From: a bacterium
Lineage (GTDB): Bacteria; Patescibacteriota; Saccharimonadia; Saccharimonadales; JACDBH01
Length of the DNA: 52,649 nucleotides
Reading direction: 5' to 3'
Assembly: GCA_029557395.1 (NCBI GenBank)
Contig: JAKQIK010000045.1
Coordinates: 1-52,649 of the forward strand
The notes under the pieces were generated by a model that was not told where the DNA came from, did no database searches, and saw nothing but the letters and a program-made list of their open reading frames with translations. A program made the translations under genes and the position numbers. Numbering within the stretch: position 1 is the stretch's first letter; each line of letters opens with the position of its first letter. Of this stretch, positions 50,881 through 52,649 are shown piece by piece.

Positions 50881-52649
50881 TTAGGCTTCTTCTGGTTCGG
50901 CAATCATATCATCACCACCAAACACATCGTCCATACTATTTACCAAAACTTCACGTGGCCTTGAGCCGTCGGCCGGGCTAATTATCCCCTGTTCTTCCAT
51001 CTGTTCCATTAGTCTAGCAGCCTTTCCATAGCCAATCCTGAGCCGCCTCTGTAGTAAGCTGGTCGAAGCTTTGCGCGCTTCTAGCACCACATGTACAGCA
51101 TCTCTAAATTCAGCTTCATCGCCCTGCGAACCGTCATTGCTATAATCTGCTACCACTCCGCCCTTGCCAATCTGGACAGGCTGGCTAACAACCTCGTTAT
51201 CATATTGCGGTGGACGTTGCATGCGTAAGAAGTCCATCACAGCCATTGTTTCGTCATCGGTAATAAATGCACCCTGGACACGCTTTGGTCTAGGCATATC
51301 AGTTGTGGCAAATAGCATGTCTCCCATACCGAGCAATTTTTCTGCACCTACCGAATCAATGATGGTCCTAGAATCAACCTGGCTAGCCACAGTAAATGCA
51401 ATCCTAGCCGGCACATTGGCCTTGATAAGTCCAGTAATAACATCGACAGATGGCCTCTGCGTTGCCAGCACAAGGTGTATACCAACAGCCCTTGCCTTCT
51501 GAGCAATACGCACAATCAGCGCCTCGACATCGCGAGCAGCCATCATCATCAGATCCGCTAGCTCATCGATGACTATAACAATATATGGCATAGTCTGATC
51601 TTTGTTGGCCACGTTATAATCGGCAATGTTTCGCTTCTTGTTTCCAGCAAGTGTTTTGTATCGCCGCTCCATCTCTGCTACCGACCATTTGAGTGCACTG
51701 ATACATTTTTCTGGCTCAGTAATCACAGGCGTTAACAGATGTGGAATATCGGCATACGGAGCCATTTCAACCTGCTTAGGATCTACCAATATCAATTTGA
51801 GGTCCGATGGGCTATTGCGATAAAGCAAGCTTGTCAGCAATGTATTGACCATGACAGATTTACCAGAGCCAGTCTGACCAGCTACAAGCAAATGAGGCAT
51901 TTTGTCTAGCGCACCAACGATCGGTACACCGGCGATATCCTTGCCAATTACTACACCAAGTGGATTTGTGATTTTTTTCCAATCAGATGAGCTCAAAATA
52001 CTCGACACTCTAACAGTTGCTGATTTGACGTTTGGTACTTCGATACCTACGGCTTTTTTGCCCGGGATAGGCGCTTCCATACGTATGGCATTGGCCCCCA
52101 GATCCAGAGCAATATTACTATCAAGAGCAGTAATTTTACTCAGCTTGACACCGGCTGGTGGCTTGAGCGTATATTGTGTTACCCTTGGTCCAATATTTGC
52201 CCCTTCCATCTCTACCTGAATATTAAAGTTATGCAATGTCTCTTGAATAGTCATAGCATTGGCTTCGACATCACCGGGATCGGCTTTGTCTTGTTTTTGA
52301 TTGAGCAAATCCATACCTGGGAACTTCCAGTCGGGGTCACTAGATGTAGTTAACGCCGAATGATCCTCTTGCTTACTAAGCTTTAGTGGGGCCGAGTTTT
52401 TCATCACTGATTTACCGCCAGACCGACTGTGTTCTACCGGCACGCCTTCGTTAAGTTGAAAATTACGCTTGCTTGCCGCTGTGCTCAGATTGACCATATC
52501 GTCTTCTTCGTCGGTCTTTTCTCTGCGCTTAAATATTTTTGCTATATTTCCAAGTACTAAAGGCGATATACCAAAGCTAAAGAACATCGCCAGTACTGCT
52601 AAGGCCAAGAATAATATACTTGCAGGGATTGGACTGAGTGCCGACAGCA
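50881..52649 (-). CDS. ftsK: DNA translocase FtsK/SpoIIIE (5'-partial; the frame is open to the window edge)
   Basis: Walker A GQTGSGKS, Walker B VIVIDELADL, and a C-terminal gamma wHTH domain (STSLLQRRLRIGYGKAARLMEQMEEQGII). Upstream codons stay open and hydrophobic to position 52649. Confidence 0.9.
   Translation of the reverse strand, partial: LSALSPIPASILFLALAVLAMFFSFGISPLVLGNIAKIFKRREKTDEEDDMVNLSTAASKRNFQLNEGVPVEHSRSGGKSVMKNSAPLKLSKQEDHSALTTSSDPDWKFPGMDLLNQKQDKADPGDVEANAMTIQETLHNFNIQVEMEGANIGPRVTQYTLKPPAGVKLSKITALDSNIALDLGANAIRMEAPIPGKKAVGIEVPNVKSATVRVSSILSSSDWKKITNPLGVVIGKDIAGVPIVGALDKMPHLLVAGQTGSGKSVMVNTLLTSLLYRNSPSDLKLILVDPKQVEMAPYADIPHLLTPVITEPEKCISALKWSVAEMERRYKTLAGNKKRNIADYNVANKDQTMPYIVIVIDELADLMMMAARDVEALIVRIAQKARAVGIHLVLATQRPSVDVITGLIKANVPARIAFTVASQVDSRTIIDSVGAEKLLGMGDMLFATTDMPRPKRVQGAFITDDETMAVMDFLRMQRPPQYDNEVVSQPVQIGKGGVVADYSNDGSQGDEAEFRDAVHVVLEARKASTSLLQRRLRIGYGKAARLMEQMEEQGIISPADGSRPREVLVNSMDDVFGGDDMIAEPEEA

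Overview
Low-GC, tightly packed bacterial chromosome segment. Gene content and style (compact operons, type IV pilus locus, few metabolic genes) suggest a Patescibacteria/CPR, Saccharibacteria-like organism; this is inference only. Left part (1-8.9 kb): housekeeping genes (tgt, nrdR, VKOR-family, a processive GT2, tRNA-Asp/Thr/Gly, ndk, a Xer-type recombinase). 8.9-25.4 kb: a complete minus-strand type IV pilus locus (PilX-like/PKD protein, three minor pilins, pilD, major pilin, pilC-pilT-pilB, pilO-pilN-pilM), interrupted by VapBC/PIN toxin-antitoxin genes and followed by a large secreted putative adhesin. Centre (25.6-43.7 kb): an ~18.1 kb integrative island inserted into the 5' end of ychF and bounded by a 15-bp direct repeat. 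The island carries three large serine recombinases, an intact GC-rich IS481-family IS with a 6-bp target duplication, a Fic-MerR fusion, a ParB-like protein and a regulatory/replication-like module. Most notably, it carries a complete diversity-generating retroelement (DGR): reverse transcriptase, an inverted Avd-like gene, a 107-bp template repeat, and a variable repeat at the C-terminus of a 659-aa target protein. 23 of the 24 TR/VR differences fall on TR adenines. Right part: ychF, a Crp-family regulator, tlyA, efp, rpsR-ssb-rpsF and a 5'-partial ftsK. No rRNA genes or CRISPR arrays were seen.
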